Source of the DNA: Allomuricauda sp.
GTDB taxonomy: Bacteria; Bacteroidota; Bacteroidia; Flavobacteriales; Flavobacteriaceae
Length of the DNA stretch: 64,000 nucleotides
Assembly: GCA_003712125.1 (NCBI GenBank)
Contig: RHLF01000004.1
Coordinates: 6,332-70,331, forward strand
Direction: 5' to 3'
A program made the translations under genes and the position numbers. Shown here in pieces: positions 19,937 to 29,787 of this stretch. Every line of letters begins with the position of its first letter. Within the stretch, counting starts at the first letter, position 1. Below the pieces are notes generated by a model. That model was not told where the DNA came from. It saw only the letters and a program-made list of their open reading frames with translations, and ran no database searches.

Positions 19937-20890
19937 CTAAAGTAAATTCGAGATGATGTCCTCTTCGGAAATCCCTTCAGCCTCTGCCTTGTAATTTTTT
20001 AAGATCCGATGTCTGAGAATACCCATGGCCACAGCCTTTACGTCTTCAGCATCTGGAGAAAACTTACCGTGCACGGCAGCATGGGCTTTGGCTCCTAAAA
20101 CCAAGTTTTGCGATGCCCTGGGACCCGCCCCCCAATCCACATAATTTTTTATTAAATCAGATGATGATGCCAAATTCGGTCTGGTTTTATTGACCAAGCG
20201 CACCGTATAATCAACCACATTGTCAGGCACGGGTATCCGACGTATCAAATGTTGAACATCAACCAGTGCATCGGCACTAAAGATGGTGTTAAGTATGGTT
20301 GAGTGATCGGAAGTTGTGTTTTTAACAATGTTGATCTCTTCTTCAATAGAAGGGTAATCCAATTTAATGGCGAACATAAAACGGTCTAATTGCGCTTCGG
20401 GCAAAGGATAGGTACCTTCTTGCTCAATTGGGTTTTGCGTGGCCAAAACGAAATAGGGCAATTCAAGTTTGTGCTGTTTACCGGAAATGGTCACCGAGCG
20501 CTCTTGCATTGCTTCCAAAAGAGCCGCCTGGGTTTTAGGTGGTGTTCTGTTTATCTCATCGGCCAAAACGATATTGGCAAATACCGGGCCTTTGATGAAT
20601 TTGAAATTACGTTCCTGATCCAAAACTTCGCTGCCCAAGATATCGCTGGGCATGAGGTCAGGGGTAAATTGTATCCGCTTAAAATCTAACCCCAAGGTTT
20701 GGGCAATGGTATTTACCATGAGGGTCTTTGCCAAACCCGGAACTCCAATCAATAAGGAATGTCCCCCGGTGTAAATGGATAGCAATATTTGATCAATGAC
20801 TGCCTCTTGACCGACTATAACTTTGGCAATCTCTTTTTTAAGGGCTTGATGTTTTTCAACGAGATTGTTGACAGCTTCTACATCAGACAT
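19937..20890 (-). CDS. MoxR-family AAA+ ATPase
   Basis: [40 protein letters not shown] and [22 protein letters not shown]. Confidence 0.95.
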   Translation of the reverse strand: MSDVEAVNNLVEKHQALKKEIAKVIVGQEAVIDQILLSIYTGGHSLLIGVPGLAKTLMVNTIAQTLGLDFKRIQFTPDLMPSDILGSEVLDQERNFKFIKGPVFANIVLADEINRTPPKTQAALLEAMQERSVTISGKQHKLELPYFVLATQNPIEQEGTYPLPEAQLDRFMFAIKLDYPSIEEEINIVKNTTSDHSTILNTIFSADALVDVQHLIRRIPVPDNVVDYTVRLVNKTRPNLASSSDLIKNYVDWGAGPRASQNLVLGAKAHAAVHGKFSPDAEDVKAVAMGILRHRILKNYKAEAEGISEEDIISNLL

Positions 20891-20894
20891 GTGC

Positions 20895-22358
20895 CTATTC
20901 TTTTACCCAGTTGTTGGCAAAATTGCAACTCTTGTTCTCTGGATTTACTTGAACATAGGTATCTTCGATATGCTTGTTCATCCATTTTTTAATGGCCTTG
21001 AATTGTTTTTCACGAAGTGCCAACTCTTGAATCTTTAAATAGTCTTTGGCAAAATCTGCCTTATGTTCATCGTATCTGTTGGAAATCATCATGATTTTGA
21101 GCTTCGGCGGTCCACCGCGGGGGTCCTCTTCTTTTATGGGCCGTGATATTTCACCATCTTTCAAGTCCCTGACCTGATTGTAGAGTGCAGGGTCCATTTT
21201 AGTCAGTTCGAATCTTGAGCCAAAATCCAATGGATTTCTCAATACACCTCCATCAAACTTCGTTTCTTTCTCATCTGAAAAATTGCGGGCAGCTTCTGCA
21301 AAGGTGTATTTTCCTTCGATGACTTGTTGCCTGATCGAATCCAGTTCTTTTATCGAGGCGTCGATTGCACTTTGCGGAATTTCAGGAATCAGTAATATGT
21401 GCCTTAAATCGCGTTCTTGCCCCCTTATTTTTTCCATATACATAATATGGTATCCGAATATGGTTTCGAAGGGTTCTGATACCTCGCCTTCCTGCAGACT
21501 GAAAGCAACATCCTTAAACTCTTTGACAAAGCCTGTCTCACGGGTTATACCTGTATAGAGCCCCCCCTTGGATTTCGACCCAGGATCACGGGAATATAAA
21601 ATGGCCTGAACATTAAAACTTGATCCATTTTCCTCAACATCTTGTTTTATGCGCTGTAATCTATTGATTACTTTTTGCTTTTCTTCTTCGGTAGCTTCGG
21701 GCTGTTTTACAATTTGTGAAATCTCAAGCTCTGCCCCGAATACAGGACGTTCTTCTTCTGGAAACTTGAAGAAAAATTGGCGCACCTCTTCAGGTGTTAC
21801 TTCAACCCCCTCAACAATCTTATTTTGCATTTTTTCAGAGAGCATGCGCAATTTGTTGATTTCGAAAAGCTCTTTTCGGAAACTTTCCAAATCTGGTTTC
21901 TTATAAAATTTCAACACCTTTTCCAATGACCCAATTTGCGAGGTCAACTGTTGAATTTGCCTGTCACTGGTCGCATTCACCTGATCATCCGAGACCAAGA
22001 GACTGTCTTGCACAGCCTGGTGCGCATAAAGACGATCTTCCATTAATTTCCCCAATAATTGGCAATGAGTGACATCTTCCGTAGATGCACCTTGGCTTCT
22101 AAGGTCGATCAAGGTCTTTTCGACATCGGAGTTAAGAATTACGTAATCTCCAATAACAGCGACAACACCATCGATCTTGACTTTCTTGCCAGACCGAATC
22201 GAATCTTTGGAGGTTAGGTTGTTGGCCGCAGTTGCGCCATCAGGCAAATCAGTTTCTTGGGCCCAAAGCATACTCGAACCAAGTAATGCCAGTAAAGTAC
22301 AACGTATCTTATTCATTTCCATAAACTTCAAATTCATTGGTTTTAATCGCCTCATCAA
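20895..22358 (-). CDS. surA: SurA-type parvulin peptidyl-prolyl isomerase/chaperone
   Basis: IDGVVAVIG, two parvulin domains ([26 protein letters not shown]). The exact start is uncertain. Confidence 0.85.
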   Translation of the reverse strand: MMRRLKPMNLKFMEMNKIRCTLLALLGSSMLWAQETDLPDGATAANNLTSKDSIRSGKKVKIDGVVAVIGDYVILNSDVEKTLIDLRSQGASTEDVTHCQLLGKLMEDRLYAHQAVQDSLLVSDDQVNATSDRQIQQLTSQIGSLEKVLKFYKKPDLESFRKELFEINKLRMLSEKMQNKIVEGVEVTPEEVRQFFFKFPEEERPVFGAELEISQIVKQPEATEEEKQKVINRLQRIKQDVEENGSSFNVQAILYSRDPGSKSKGGLYTGITRETGFVKEFKDVAFSLQEGEVSEPFETIFGYHIMYMEKIRGQERDLRHILLIPEIPQSAIDASIKELDSIRQQVIEGKYTFAEAARNFSDEKETKFDGGVLRNPLDFGSRFELTKMDPALYNQVRDLKDGEISRPIKEEDPRGGPPKLKIMMISNRYDEHKADFAKDYLKIQELALREKQFKAIKKWMNKHIEDTYVQVNPENKSCNFANNWVKE

Positions 22359-23193
22359 TAATTTCGGTCTCCAGTTTTTTGATATAGTTCAATCGTCGGC
22401 GATTTAATAAAACCTGTTTTATTTTGGGTGTGATGTATGAAATTGGAGCTACCTCGTCGGCTTCAAGCACATCGGTGATCTTCACCAAATATACTCCTAA
22501 CGAATCGCGCAATTCAAAAAATTGTGATTTTTTTAAGTGCCGATCAATATTCTGATAATTCAGAGGAGGAATGGCCTCCATGACCCGTGAGGCGCTAACC
22601 CAAGCGGAATCATTAAAGTGGATTTTTTTGAACTGCACTGCAATTGAATCCAGATATTGCTTATCCGCTGCTTCAAATCTTTTTATTTTCTCAATGACGG
22701 TGTTCTTATCCAAAAACTGGTTGGGAAGTTCAACGAACCTCAATTGCACCAGTTTTTCAGTTAATTTAAAACCGTTCTTTTCGGCCTCGTAAAACTGTTT
22801 TAGTTGATTATCGTTGATTGCGGTGTCATTGCCTTGCTGGAGCAACGCATCGATATAGGCACGTGTATATAAATCGGCCTTGTAGTCGGTCACCAATCGA
22901 TCATAATCTTCTAGTTTTTCTTCAGCAAGGTTGATTTTCGCCTTTTCAAGCAGCAATTGTTTCGAGGCCCACTTATTAATATAATTGGTCACAAAAAAGG
23001 TGCTGTCCTCTTTTGAAATATCATCACGCAACAAGTCTTGTACCTCATCACGATACAGGTACTTGTCGCCTACACGAGCCAGTGGTTCTTTTTCAGGGTC
23101 CTTATCAAAATTGAAGAAAGAGTTACAGGACACTAATAGTAGTAAGCCAACATTCAGGTAAACGCCTTTTTTCACAGTCCTCGCACTCAGCAT
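22309..23193 (-). CDS. PPIase-associated (SurA/PpiC-like) lipoprotein
   Basis: Lipobox LVSC, LARVGDKYLY and YINKWA; adjacent to surA. Confidence 0.7.
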   Translation of the reverse strand: MLSARTVKKGVYLNVGLLLLVSCNSFFNFDKDPEKEPLARVGDKYLYRDEVQDLLRDDISKEDSTFFVTNYINKWASKQLLLEKAKINLAEEKLEDYDRLVTDYKADLYTRAYIDALLQQGNDTAINDNQLKQFYEAEKNGFKLTEKLVQLRFVELPNQFLDKNTVIEKIKRFEAADKQYLDSIAVQFKKIHFNDSAWVSASRVMEAIPPLNYQNIDRHLKKSQFFELRDSLGVYLVKITDVLEADEVAPISYITPKIKQVLLNRRRLNYIKKLETEIIDEAIKTNEFEVYGNE

Positions 23194-23308
23194 TGGGCAA
23201 AAATAACAATTCCTTTAGGCTGAACAAACCCAATCTTATGGCTTAACAGATTTTTAGTACGTCCTGTAAATCACTATTTTAGTATCTACGACAAACAAAC
23301 ACAACCCA

Positions 23309-23764
23309 ATGAAATATACTACTGAAATCGTTGTTGACCTTCCGAGGGATGCATTTATTGAAAAACTCGACAATGCCGACAACATGAAACACTGGATGCG
23401 CGGACTGGTAAGCCATGAGTTCTTATCAGGCGAACCTGGTCAAGAAGGCGCACGAATGAATATGAAGTTCAAAATGGGAAAACGTGAAATGGAAATGGTA
23501 GAAACCATTATTAAGCGCAATTTCCCTGATGAGTTTCATGCTACCTATGATGCCCAAGGGGTGCACAACATCCAAAAAAATTATTTTAAGGATGAAGGAA
23601 GTAAGACACGATGGATTTCTGAGAGTGAATTCCAATTTTCAAAAATCGGAATGAAATTTATGGCATTTTTGATGCCGGGAGCCTTCAAAAAGCAATCGAT
23701 GAAGTACGCTCAAGATTTTAAAAATTTTGCTGAAAACGGAGTATCTGTTGCAGATGGCGGATAG
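23309..23764 (+). CDS. SRPBCC (START/polyketide cyclase) family protein
   Basis: MKYTTEIVVDLPR, KHWMRGL and a C-terminal helix FKNFAE. Confidence 0.8.
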   Translation: MKYTTEIVVDLPRDAFIEKLDNADNMKHWMRGLVSHEFLSGEPGQEGARMNMKFKMGKREMEMVETIIKRNFPDEFHATYDAQGVHNIQKNYFKDEGSKTRWISESEFQFSKIGMKFMAFLMPGAFKKQSMKYAQDFKNFAENGVSVADGG

Positions 23765-24005
23765 CATTGATAAAAAAGTAAAACTTATTTGGGACTTTCG
23801 CGGACCTGCAGCGGCCAGAACCGCTGAGCATCATGAAAAGCATCTGGTTGAATTTATGGAAGCGCAAGGCCTCAATACAGAGATGACCGGATGTGATCAT
23901 CTGAATGAAATGTATAGTATGGCATATCTTGTGGTTGAGGAGGTTGAGGTAGAAAACCTGAGGAAATTATTGAAACCACATCGCGGTCAAATATTTAAAC
24001 CCTAA
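23754..24005 (+). CDS. Small conserved hypothetical protein
   Basis: KLIWDFRGPAAARTAEHHEKHL and LKPHRGQ; overlaps the upstream stop. Confidence 0.7.
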   Translation: MADSIDKKVKLIWDFRGPAAARTAEHHEKHLVEFMEAQGLNTEMTGCDHLNEMYSMAYLVVEEVEVENLRKLLKPHRGQIFKP

Positions 24006-24018
24006 TATATCCGATATT

Positions 24019-25170
24019 TTGAAAATCAAAATGCGACATAGCCTTATTAGTTTTTTGGCTCTGATACTGTTATCTATGTGGTCGTGTCAAGAGGAGAACA
24101 ATGGAACCCCACTCGAAGGGGTATTGGCGTCCCCGAATGAAAAAATTGCCCGTGTTCTAGATAGTCTAGATCAGTTTGAACTCCAAATTCTTTATACTCA
24201 AATCAACCGAAATGGAGATAGCCTGACTTTTATTGACTATGGTTTTCAGCTTGATTCCTTGCGTTATTTTTATCCGGCCAGCACCGTTAAATTTCCAGCG
24301 GTGGTTGCTTCACTTGAAAAATTAAATGAACTTGATTCGCTCGACCGTGATTACCGGTTTTATCTTGAAGGAGATTCTTTAGAGACCACCTTCACCAACG
24401 ATATTCTCGACATTTTTGCCGTTAGTGGCAACGCTCCCAACAACCGACTTGTCGAATTTTTGGGTTTTGATGATTTAAACCAAAGACTAAGGCGACGGGG
24501 TATTTCGCCCATTCGTATTTCACACCGACTTTCAACCCCAAATGCAGATGAGGTTACGACCAGACCTTTGATCCTTTATGTGAACGACAGTACGACCACC
24601 AGCACAGAAAGCATTGTTAATGAACCTCCCAAACCCTTAAGGCTAAACAAAATAAAGAAAGGTCGGGGATTTTATGCTGGAGATTCGCTGTATAAGGAAC
24701 CTTTTGATTTTAGTCTCAAAAACCATTATCCCATTCAATCACAGCATAATCTATTGAAACGGATCATGTTCCCTACCGAATTTCCAACGAATGAAAGATT
24801 CAATTTAAGTGAAGATCAATTGACTTTTTTAAGGAATGCCATGAAAATTCTACCAAAAGATGTTGGCTACGATTCAGGGGAATATTATGATAGCTATGGA
24901 AAATTTTTCATCTACGGCGACTCCAAGGAAGCTATACCCGATCATATCGAAATCTACAATAAGGTAGGTTACGCTTATGGCACATTAACCGATTGCGCCT
25001 ATATCAAAGACACCAAAAACAATGTGGATTTCATGCTGACAGCAACTATTCTGGTCAACAAGGATGGTATTTTCAATGATGATAACTATGAATATGATGA
25101 AATAGGCATTCCCTTTTTGGCCGAACTTGGAAGGGGGTTGTATGCCTATGAACTGAACAGAAAAAGATGA
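24019..25170 (+). CDS. Serine hydrolase, class A beta-lactamase-like fold, lipoprotein
   Basis: Lipobox WSC, SxxK (PASTVK), an S-x-N-like segment (VSGN) and NKVG. Confidence 0.8.
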   Translation: MKIKMRHSLISFLALILLSMWSCQEENNGTPLEGVLASPNEKIARVLDSLDQFELQILYTQINRNGDSLTFIDYGFQLDSLRYFYPASTVKFPAVVASLEKLNELDSLDRDYRFYLEGDSLETTFTNDILDIFAVSGNAPNNRLVEFLGFDDLNQRLRRRGISPIRISHRLSTPNADEVTTRPLILYVNDSTTTSTESIVNEPPKPLRLNKIKKGRGFYAGDSLYKEPFDFSLKNHYPIQSQHNLLKRIMFPTEFPTNERFNLSEDQLTFLRNAMKILPKDVGYDSGEYYDSYGKFFIYGDSKEAIPDHIEIYNKVGYAYGTLTDCAYIKDTKNNVDFMLTATILVNKDGIFNDDNYEYDEIGIPFLAELGRGLYAYELNRKR

Positions 25171-25685
25171 AAAAACTCACGTTTGATAAGTTTACCAAAA
25201 AGATTTACATCAAAGCCTCATTAGAAAAACTGTATTCGTGTTGGTGCTCCAAAGTAGGGATCGAATCTTGGTTTTTACAAAATGCGGTATTTAAAAATGC
25301 CCATGGCAAGGACCGAGAACCTGGAGAATCAATTCAGGTTGGAGATAGATATGAGTGGAAATGGCACAATTGGGACGGTAAGGAAGAGGGAACCATTTTG
25401 CAAGCCAATGGAAAAGACTTTTTAGAATTTACATTTGCCAATGATATTTGCAAAGTTTCTATAACCCTTGAAGAACAAGAAAATGCAGTGTTACTGACGC
25501 TTATACAATATGACATGCCAACCGATGAAAAAACCAAAATGAATATTTACAATGGTTGCAGCTGCGGTTGGACATTTTGGTTGACGAATCTCAAATCATA
25601 CCTTGAACATGGAATTGTTCTCAATGAAAGGGATGTTGACCTTACCAATATTCCCCAAGCGGGTCATATTTTCGTGAACATGTAA
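25167..25685 (+). CDS. SRPBCC/AHSA1-domain protein
   Basis: KIYIKASLEKLY and GWTFWLTNLKSYLEHG. Confidence 0.8.
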   Translation: MKKLTFDKFTKKIYIKASLEKLYSCWCSKVGIESWFLQNAVFKNAHGKDREPGESIQVGDRYEWKWHNWDGKEEGTILQANGKDFLEFTFANDICKVSITLEEQENAVLLTLIQYDMPTDEKTKMNIYNGCSCGWTFWLTNLKSYLEHGIVLNERDVDLTNIPQAGHIFVNM

Positions 25686-25709
25686 AAAGCATCGCCGAGG
25701 CGATGCTTT
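25685..25709. terminator. Intrinsic terminator between convergent genes
   Basis: AAAAAGCATCGCC-GA-GGCGATGCTTT. Confidence 0.85.
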
Positions 25710-25733
25710 ATCAATCAAACAAAAAACCAACAA

Positions 25734-26252
25734 CTACTTTGGCATCACCACATCCTCAATAATGTGGATCACACCATTCGAAGCCATTACATCTGTTTTT
25801 GCAATTTTGCTATAATTTCCATTGGCATCTTTGAGGTAAATGCCCCCATTTTTGCTCATGGCCGTAACCTTACCTCCGTTCAAGGTTGTCAGTTCTGCTT
25901 TTCCACCTCCTTGTTTCAAGGCTGATGCAACATCCGCAGCCGCTATCTTACCAGATACAACGTGATAGGTTAGAATAGCGGAAAGCTTTTCCTTGTTTTC
26001 GGGCTGCAATAAAGCATTCAAGGTTTTCGCATCGATTTTATCGAACCCAGAATTTACTGGAGCGAATACGGTAAAGGGCCCATCCCCTTTTAGTGCACCC
26101 ACCAAATCCGCTGCTTTTAGGGCTGTCACCAAGGTGGAGAAGTCATCAACAGATACGGCAATGTCTACAATATCTTTTGATTGTTGGGCTTTGGTAGTTT
26201 GTGCAAAAAATAACATTGCAACTGTTGATAGGATTAAAAATGATTTTTTCAT
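25734..26252 (-). CDS. Secreted fasciclin (FAS1) domain protein
   Basis: Signal peptide, GPFTVFAP, ILTYHVV and NGVIHIIEDV. Start placed at MKKSF. Confidence 0.92.
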   Translation of the reverse strand: MKKSFLILSTVAMLFFAQTTKAQQSKDIVDIAVSVDDFSTLVTALKAADLVGALKGDGPFTVFAPVNSGFDKIDAKTLNALLQPENKEKLSAILTYHVVSGKIAAADVASALKQGGGKAELTTLNGGKVTAMSKNGGIYLKDANGNYSKIAKTDVMASNGVIHIIEDVVMPK

Positions 26253-26383
26253 GTTTTTGTTTTTAAATTTTAGTAATTGTGTTAAAACTTGAGCGCTTCT
26301 GTTATCATTTACACGCCTTTTTGGCATATGGATGAGCCCAGCCCTTTTTTATCATATCTTTAACATAGCGAACAGCATCAGTC

Positions 26384-26935
26384 ATGGACGATTCCCAAAT
26401 AGTACATCGCGTTTTGCAAAAAGACCCCACCGCACTCTATTTGCTTTATGACAAATATTCCGGGGCGTTGTTGGGTGTAATCTTAAGGATGTGCCGAAAT
26501 CGATTTCAAGCAGAGGACCTACTACAAGAAACCTTTGTCAAGATTTGGGAGAATATTGGAAGTTATGACAGTACCAAAGGCAGGTTTTATACTTGGGCCT
26601 ATCGAATTGCGAAAAATACCACGTTAAATGCGTTACGAAAACCAGACTTGCTCATCCAAACCGATGAATTAAGTGTACATAATAATAAAGCGCAATCAGA
26701 ACCGGAACAAGATTTTGCCGAATTGAACGGGGCCTTGCAAAAATTGGAGCCCCATCACCAAGAGGCAATTTCGTTGGTATACTTTAGGGGTTACACCCAT
26801 AGGGAAGCCTATAAGGAAATGGGTGTTCCATTAGGAACATTCAAATCATATGTAAGGCAGGCATTGAGTCTCCTTCGAGAAAATTACAGCGAACAACTGG
26901 TCATACTTTGGTTTACCATAGAACTATTGGCGTGA
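26384..26935 (+). CDS. ECF sigma factor (SigK-like)
   Basis: AEDLLQETFVKIW, FYTWAYRIAKN and PLGTFKSYVR. Confidence 0.9.
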   Translation: MDDSQIVHRVLQKDPTALYLLYDKYSGALLGVILRMCRNRFQAEDLLQETFVKIWENIGSYDSTKGRFYTWAYRIAKNTTLNALRKPDLLIQTDELSVHNNKAQSEPEQDFAELNGALQKLEPHHQEAISLVYFRGYTHREAYKEMGVPLGTFKSYVRQALSLLRENYSEQLVILWFTIELLA

Positions 26936-27687
26936 TGAAAAAGAATAAGATTTTAGAGGACGGTCTTTTAGAAAAATATTTATTGGACGAACTTTCAGAT
27001 AACGAAAGGTTGTTGGTCGAAGATGCCATACATAAAGACAGTGACCTAAGAGCTGAATTTGATGTACTCGAGGCAAATTTCGAAAAAATGGCCTTCGAAA
27101 ATGCGATAGCACCAAATGCCCACGTAAAGGGAGAACTTCAAAAAAGAATAGGATCTCCAGGACCAACAGAGCGTAATCGATGGCCTCTAATGGCAGCTGC
27201 CAGTTTGGCCTTGTTGTTTCTGTTGACCACTTTTTGGATGTTCAACAAATGGCAGGCAGCCAACGACCAACTTAACCTTATTGAATCGCAAACACTTAGT
27301 TTACAAGAGCGTTTAGGGGTGTTGGAAGAAAACTATGAGCTGACCAATAACAGGTTACAGCTCATCAATAGCCCAAATACCATTCCCCTTATTCTAAGAG
27401 GCAATGAAAAAGTGCCCAATTCACGCGCTGTGGCCTATGTCAACCATCAAAATAAATTGGTTGTGGTAAATCCTCAAGGGCTGCCCAATCTTCCTGACAA
27501 TCAAACGTATCAAATGTGGAGTGATGTGGATGGAGAAATGATTGATATGGGACTTTTGCCAAACGACAAGGAACTGGTAACCTTAAAGTATATAGATCGT
27601 GCCGAATCACTAAATATTACCATCGAACCTGCGGGGGGCAATGACCATCCCACTGTCGAACGACTAATTTCCTATGTGACTTTATGA
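26935..27687 (+). CDS. Anti-sigma factor (RskA-like)
   Basis: Y-L-L-D-E-L N-terminus, single TM, coiled coil, YQMW and LNITIEPAGG; overlaps the sigma stop. Confidence 0.85.
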   Translation: MKKNKILEDGLLEKYLLDELSDNERLLVEDAIHKDSDLRAEFDVLEANFEKMAFENAIAPNAHVKGELQKRIGSPGPTERNRWPLMAAASLALLFLLTTFWMFNKWQAANDQLNLIESQTLSLQERLGVLEENYELTNNRLQLINSPNTIPLILRGNEKVPNSRAVAYVNHQNKLVVVNPQGLPNLPDNQTYQMWSDVDGEMIDMGLLPNDKELVTLKYIDRAESLNITIEPAGGNDHPTVERLISYVTL

Positions 27688-27732
27688 ACATAATGGTTTC
27701 TTAATTAGCATACTAACTAATTCGAGAACATT

Positions 27733-28425
27733 ATGAAAAAATTTATTGCTGAGTTTATCGGCACCCTTTGGTTGGTTCTAGGGGGATGTGGTAGTGCTGT
27801 ATTAGCTGCCTCTTTCCCAGAACTCGGAATTGGATTCGTCGGCGTTTCACTGGCATTTGGTTTAACAGTAGTGACGATGGCCTATGCCATTGGCCACATA
27901 TCAGGATGCCATTTGAATCCTGCTGTCACCATTGGTCTTGCAGTTGGTGGACGCATGAACAGGAACGATGTCGTACCCTATATTATCGCACAGTTGATGG
28001 GCGCAATAGCAGGTGCGGCAATACTTTATTTGATTGCATCTGGAAAGGAAGGATTTACCGTGGGTGGATTTGCCGCCAATGGCTATGGTGAGCATTCTCC
28101 CGGAGGTTATGGTATGGTTTCGGCCTTTGTTACCGAGGTCGTCATGACGATGTTATTTTTGATCATCATTTTAGGTGCAACACACTCCAAAGCACCTAAA
28201 TATATGGCAGGATTGGCTATCGGGCTTGGGCTCACCTTAATTCACCTCATAAGCATTCCGGTCACGAATACCTCGGTAAACCCAGCACGAAGCACGAGTC
28301 AAGCTCTTTTTGCTGATGGAACGTGGGCTATTCCGCAATTATGGTTGTTCTGGGTGGCCCCAATATTGGGTGCCGTTATTGGAGGAGTACTTTATAAATA
28401 TCTTTCACCTGAGAAAGAGAACTAA
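27733..28425 (+). CDS. aqpZ: Aquaporin Z
   Basis: [27 protein letters not shown] and WLFWVAP. Confidence 0.95.
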   Translation: MKKFIAEFIGTLWLVLGGCGSAVLAASFPELGIGFVGVSLAFGLTVVTMAYAIGHISGCHLNPAVTIGLAVGGRMNRNDVVPYIIAQLMGAIAGAAILYLIASGKEGFTVGGFAANGYGEHSPGGYGMVSAFVTEVVMTMLFLIIILGATHSKAPKYMAGLAIGLGLTLIHLISIPVTNTSVNPARSTSQALFADGTWAIPQLWLFWVAPILGAVIGGVLYKYLSPEKEN

Positions 28426-28431
28426 AATTAA

Positions 28432-28455
28432 TCCCGGCTTCGGCCGGGTTTTTTT
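28432..28455. terminator. Intrinsic terminator with a C(UUCG)G loop
   Basis: CCCGGC-TTCG-GCCGGG followed by a T-run. Confidence 0.85.
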
Positions 28456-29758
28456 ATGGGCAGGGAGTTCCGTATAAATCAAAGTCGGATGCTGAGTCAA
28501 TCTTGATTTTGGCGAAATCACCCATTTTTAGATAGTGTTTTGTGGCATCGATCAAAACTTCATTGTCAACGTCAGGTGAATCGAACTCAGTACGACCGAT
28601 AAAGTAATTGCCTTCTTTCCGATCAATGAGGCATCGGAAAATTTGGCCCACCTTCTTTTGGTTTAGTTCCCAAGAAATCTGTGACTGGATTTCCATAATC
28701 TCATTGGCACGTTGTTGTTTTATGGCTTCTGGAACATCATCAACAAGCGTATAGGCATGGGTGTTTTCTTCATGGCTATAGGTAAAACAACCCAAGCGTT
28801 CAAAACGCATCGCCTGTACCCAAGCCTTCAAGGTTTGAAAATCTTCTTCGGTTTCACCCGGATAACCTACGATCAATGTGGTGCGGATGGCCATTTCAGG
28901 CACAGCGGCCCTAAAATCTTGCAATAATTTTGTCGTTTTCGCTTGGGTGGTTCCTCTTCGCATACTTTTTAAGATCGAATCAGAGATGTGTTGCAATGGG
29001 ATATCGATGTAGTTACAGATTTTTGGTTCTTCTTTCATCACCTCCAACACGTCCATTGGAAATCCCGATGGAAATGCATAATGCAACCTGATCCATTCAA
29101 TACCATCAACTTGAGCGAGCGCTGTAAGCAAATCAGCCAAGTTTCGTTTTTTGTACAAATCCAAGCCGTAATAGGTCAAATCTTGGGCAATTAAGATCAA
29201 TTCTTTTACCCCATTCGCAGCTAATTTCTCTGCTTCAACCACTAAGGCCTCTATCGGCTTGCTTTTGTGTTTTCCCCGCATTAAGGGAATGGCACAAAAC
29301 GAACATGGGCGGTCGCAACCCTCCGCAATTTTCAGATAGGCATAATTCTTAGGGGTTGTTGTCAACCGTTCCCCAATTAATTCGTGCTTGTAATCTGCAC
29401 CAAGCGCCTTTAAAAGGTTGGGTAGGTCGCTGGTACCAAAGTACGCATCTACATCGGGGATTTCCTTTTCCAAATCGGGTTTGTAACGCTCACTCAAACA
29501 TCCGGTAACAAAAACCTTATCCACATCTCCAGCCTCCTTCTTTTGAACATATTCTAAAATGGTATTGACACTTTCTTCTTTTGCATTCGCAATGAATCCG
29601 CAGGTATTGATGACCACTACATTACCTTCTTCTTCGTGCACTACAGTTTTGTCATTGGCCCGCAGCTGACCCATCAAAACCTCAGAATCGTAGATGTTCT
29701 TACTACAACCCAAAGTGACCACGTTAATTTTGTTCTTCTTAAGTGATTTTGTGCGCAT
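28454..29758 (-). CDS. rimO: Ribosomal protein S12 methylthiotransferase
   Basis: TLGCSKN, NTCGFI, radical-SAM CxxxCxxC (CDRPCSFC) and the TRAM motif DSPDVD. Confidence 0.95.
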   Translation of the reverse strand: MRTKSLKKNKINVVTLGCSKNIYDSEVLMGQLRANDKTVVHEEEGNVVVINTCGFIANAKEESVNTILEYVQKKEAGDVDKVFVTGCLSERYKPDLEKEIPDVDAYFGTSDLPNLLKALGADYKHELIGERLTTTPKNYAYLKIAEGCDRPCSFCAIPLMRGKHKSKPIEALVVEAEKLAANGVKELILIAQDLTYYGLDLYKKRNLADLLTALAQVDGIEWIRLHYAFPSGFPMDVLEVMKEEPKICNYIDIPLQHISDSILKSMRRGTTQAKTTKLLQDFRAAVPEMAIRTTLIVGYPGETEEDFQTLKAWVQAMRFERLGCFTYSHEENTHAYTLVDDVPEAIKQQRANEIMEIQSQISWELNQKKVGQIFRCLIDRKEGNYFIGRTEFDSPDVDNEVLIDATKHYLKMGDFAKIKIDSASDFDLYGTPCP

Positions 29759-29787
29759 ACCTTTAAAAATGGATGCAAAAATACAAT

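Noticed and set aside
23266-23293. TGTAAA-N18-CGAC as a fifth ECF promoter before the SRPBCC gene
   Set aside because: Mismatches in both elements and wrong spacing.
24019-25170. Calling this gene an antibiotic-resistance beta-lactamase
   Set aside because: Only the generic SxxK/KxG fold motifs are visible; I cannot identify an omega-loop Glu166 equivalent.
25710-25736. Fasciclin 3' UTR (TTGTTGGTT...GTTTGATTGAT) as another sRNA-family member
   Set aside because: It is U/G-rich but lacks the TGGTTAG core and the shared terminator sequence; too weak.
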